DNA of 62,349 nt, counting the filler, from Scyliorhinus canicula (lineage: Eukaryota), in the NCBI RefSeq assembly GCF_902713615.1. It is 4 parts of 4 records of this genome, joined end to end, with 100 filler letters (N's around TTAATTAATTAA, not from the genome) between each part and the next. Parts side by side here need not be neighbours in the genome. Positions count along the whole stretch, not along the records: positions 59,376 to 62,349 come from NW_024055806.1; 3 more parts are not named here. One strand, 5' to 3'. How positions within the stretch are numbered: the first letter of the stretch is position 1; each line of letters opens with the position of its first letter. The notes beneath the pieces are model-generated. The model was not told the origin of the DNA. It searched no databases and worked only from the letters and a program-made list of their open reading frames with translations. Both the position numbers and the translations under genes were made by a program. This document shows positions 59,471 through 62,349 of the stretch, in pieces.

Positions 59471-61405
59471 GGCAGGTGGTTTAGATTCAGCTAACAAATC
59501 AGAATATTTTAAATATTCTGAATGTTATAGACTGACATTGAAGAGTGAACATAGAATTGGGCATGTTTCGCTTATTGTGAATCTGAGGGACAGCTGCCGA
59601 GGAAGAGGATTGGCTGCTCTCTCAGAAATGGGACTAACAATGAACCAATCAGTGATGCTGGTGCCCTATTACTGCATGAACACTCAAAGCTCTTTCTGTG
59701 CTAATCCGCTTGAGGTTGGCCTCCATCGATGCACGTTACACACACACCAGACGCACGGGCAAACACTTTCGTACAGACAACCCAAGCAGAGGCTCACATT
59801 TACAGTTAACCAAATGTAATCGTTACCCAGTGAGGCTAAACCTATTTCAGTATCTTTCTCTTTCTTGACCTTCTGCTCAGAGTTTTGCTTCAAATCTTTC
59901 TCTCTCTCTCTCACACACACTATCCCCCAATATGCTCTCCTTCCATGTGCTTGTGATAATCCTGATTATTTTGCTGACAGTCTGGTCTCAATAAACTCGA
60001 GAGGAATCTGTAGGTATAGTATTATTTATTTTTAATCAACTTGCAAGGCTGACCCGCTCTATAGAGATTCAGAACACATACAGTCTCTGAAGCTCCCAGA
60101 ACCGACTGAGGACCAAGTCAAAGAGATCTCTGCACATATTCAAACGGCATCACGTTTCACATACAAGATTCCCATAGGTCCATCCTATACACCCTCCTGA
60201 CCTGGCCATATAGCCTGAATGGTTCACTTCGGATTCCTCAACCATGGGCCTCTTGTTACCCAGCATCCTTTTCACCATCCTCTGCACGAGGCTCCCCTCC
60301 ACCTTTCTGCCATGCTTTGCTGAATTCCTTTGTTATTTGTCTGTGAACTCACTACCATCAGACCGGCTCTATCATCTACATTATTCTAACTAATAATCCT
60401 ACTTTATATCACATTCGTTTGTTCAATTCCTATCCGATGCCACGAATGGGTCATGTGCAGCAATTTCCCCAACAGCACAATCGTTTCAGAATGGAAATGA
60501 GAACAGCAAACGGAGGCTGCGCCCCGAGACACCGCAGATTCTAAACTAGTCAGACTGTGCGGCTGGTATCATCTGCAGGCGGGATTGCAGGAGCGGAAAT
60601 AGCGACGGTTGAATCTCTGGAGACTTGTGAGCATCCTGCACCTGTTCACTGCTCATGTGAGTGAGGGACTGGCATGCATCGCCCAGAAGTATCAAAAATT
60701 AGGGAACGGAATGAACATTCGGCACATGCCTATTTGAAAATGCTGTCCCAATCGTCTTTCGCACACCACATTTTCCATATTGCTTTCCATTCTCAGATTA
60801 TGAAAGTCACCTTTTGGCAGTTCTTATTGAATCTTCTTTCATCATTTTCGCGTTGTGTTCTAGATGTTAACAAATCGGAATATTATGAATAAATACATCA
60901 TTCTCTATCATATTTTTCTATCAAATCGGGATGATTTGTCATTGGATCTGCTGCTAATGGGAACAATTACAGCAAAACGATTTGAGTCTTCCTTCTACCT
61001 CTATTCTTACAAGCAAATGAACCCAGAATTCTCTGGTCTTTGCATAAACGGCCCTCGTCCCTGTTAATATTTAAATATATAACATCTTTCTCCAACGTCC
61101 TAATACTACTCCTCATTTGTCGTGCACAGGATTTGGAAAGAAACGGGCAGCAAAGATTTCATCGATTTAGTGTCCGTTTCTGACACAAACATCAACAGTT
61201 GTAAAAACTGTTTCCTAGCAGATCTAGTTTAGATTTCTGGGAGACATTCATGTCTTTTTGTGTATTTCAATGCACCCTCAATCCATTCAGTGGCTGCATT
61301 CAAATAGGAATGAAACTATTCCGGCACCAGAAGGTGCCAACTTCAAACATGGGGATGATGAAGTTCCGTGACGGCACCGTCAAAACCAATAGACGTCGTG
61401 GTCTG

Positions 61406-61415
61406 AGTGATGTCA
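61406..61415 (+). promoter_or_regulatory. TCR V promoter decamer (CRE-like) AGTGATGTCA
   Basis: Exact match to AGTGAYRTCA, about 125 nt upstream of the leader ATG, with CCAAT at 61386-61390. Confidence 0.65.
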
Positions 61416-61539
61416 GAGTGGGCCTGGTCCCCTGCAGTGTGTGGGTGGAACAATGAGCTGAACAGAGCCCGGGTTCCCTCTCGGCTTCTCAATCTCTGCC
61501 TCATTCCATTCCCATTCACTCAGAGAGGTTCAGTCAGAC

Positions 61540-61573
61540 ATGTTTCTGTTAATACTGGCGGCCCTGTTGGACG
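61540..61573 (+). CDS. Leader exon of a TCR V (MFLLILAALLDG)
   Basis: ATG...GAC G|gtaagt, phase 1. Confidence 0.85.
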
Positions 61574-61752
61574 GTAAGTAATGGATAATGGTCGTCAAGC
61601 CAGATTAGCAGTTTCTGGATTGCAATTACATTGAATATAATTAACGATCAGAAATATCCACATAGTTGAGTTTCCACAAACTCACAGATATACAAACAAA
61701 TTTAGGTGAATTATGTTTAACCTATCGATGTTTCATTTATTTCCCTTCGCAG

Positions 61753-62041
61753 GCGGGCGAAGTGCAGATGCAATAACTCAATCACCGGTGACAAAACCGT
61801 GTCAGAAGGGGTTTCGGTGCGGCTGGATTGTGAATATACAGACTCGAATATGCAGTACATGCAATGGTATCATAAAATCGGCACAGCCACCAATCTGGAT
61901 TATTAGCAAATTATTACATCTGAAGGATGATGCAGTTTCAGGACGATATCTAGCGGCTGCTGACAAGTCTAAACAGAACGGTTACCTCAAATCAGCGATC
62001 TCAGTGTGGAGGACGGGGCGGTCTATTACTGTGCAGTGAGG
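61753..62041 (+). pseudogene. TCR alpha/delta V segment with three frameshifts (pseudogene or sequencing indels)
   Basis: Across frames: DAITQSPVTK/TVSEGVSVRLDCEY..MQYMQWYH/QPPIWII...KQNGYLK/ISDLSVEDGAVYYCAVR. Confidence 0.85.
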
Positions 62042-62080
62042 CACAGCGTTAGATAACAGCTGGTGCCCCGTACAAAAACC
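62042..62080 (+). other. 23-RSS of the plus-strand V
   Basis: CACAGCG-23 nt-ACAAAAACC. Confidence 0.92.
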
Positions 62081-62349
62081 TCGGCGAGTAGTCACAGCTT
62101 CACTAAATCTGCTTTGCTGCTCCTGTCTGAGGGAATTGTTTGATCCTGGATTCAGGAACACAGTCAGGTCTATTCATCATTCAGTTATATTGGTGTCTCT
62201 GCTCTTCTGCGGGTGAACAGATGAGCAGTTTGGGAAATACGCGACTCATTTCCATGCAGCAATGTACATGGTAAATTAAAACTTGGAATACCGGGCTACC
62301 AGCAACGGTAATAACAGCTCTCGATGTGGAGATAAGTGCTGGAAGTTAA

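Noticed and set aside
59640-59690. YYC motif (DAGA/YYCMNT) suggesting a V remnant
   Set aside because: No other framework motifs and no RSS.

Overview
Shark (cartilaginous fish) antigen-receptor region in four contigs joined by three artificial 100-nt gaps (24159-24258, 45028-45127, 59276-59375). Left two-thirds: two tandem, paralogous, apparently intact IgM heavy-chain constant genes on + (CH1-CH4, secretory tail, TM1, TM2). No VH/DH/JH is visible for either. Each is preceded by the same ordered set of repeats: C-rich satellite, G-rich satellite, and a 29-bp array rich in AGCT and CRE-like motifs. An L1 lies between the copies and a gap-truncated endogenous retrovirus-like element follows them. 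Right third: TCR alpha/delta-type segments. On the minus strand is a complete NAR-TCR cassette (leader, VNAR-like V, D, J, leaderless supporting V-delta); on the plus strand is a frameshifted TCR V. The most unusual feature is a minisatellite of 15 tandem 23-bp-spacer recombination signals directly behind the supporting V. That V has lost both canonical cysteines and lies inside a ~1-kb inverted duplication. Exon, segment and RSS coordinates were read by hand; repeat and transposon boundaries are approximate. Family assignments come from motif recognition, not database searches.
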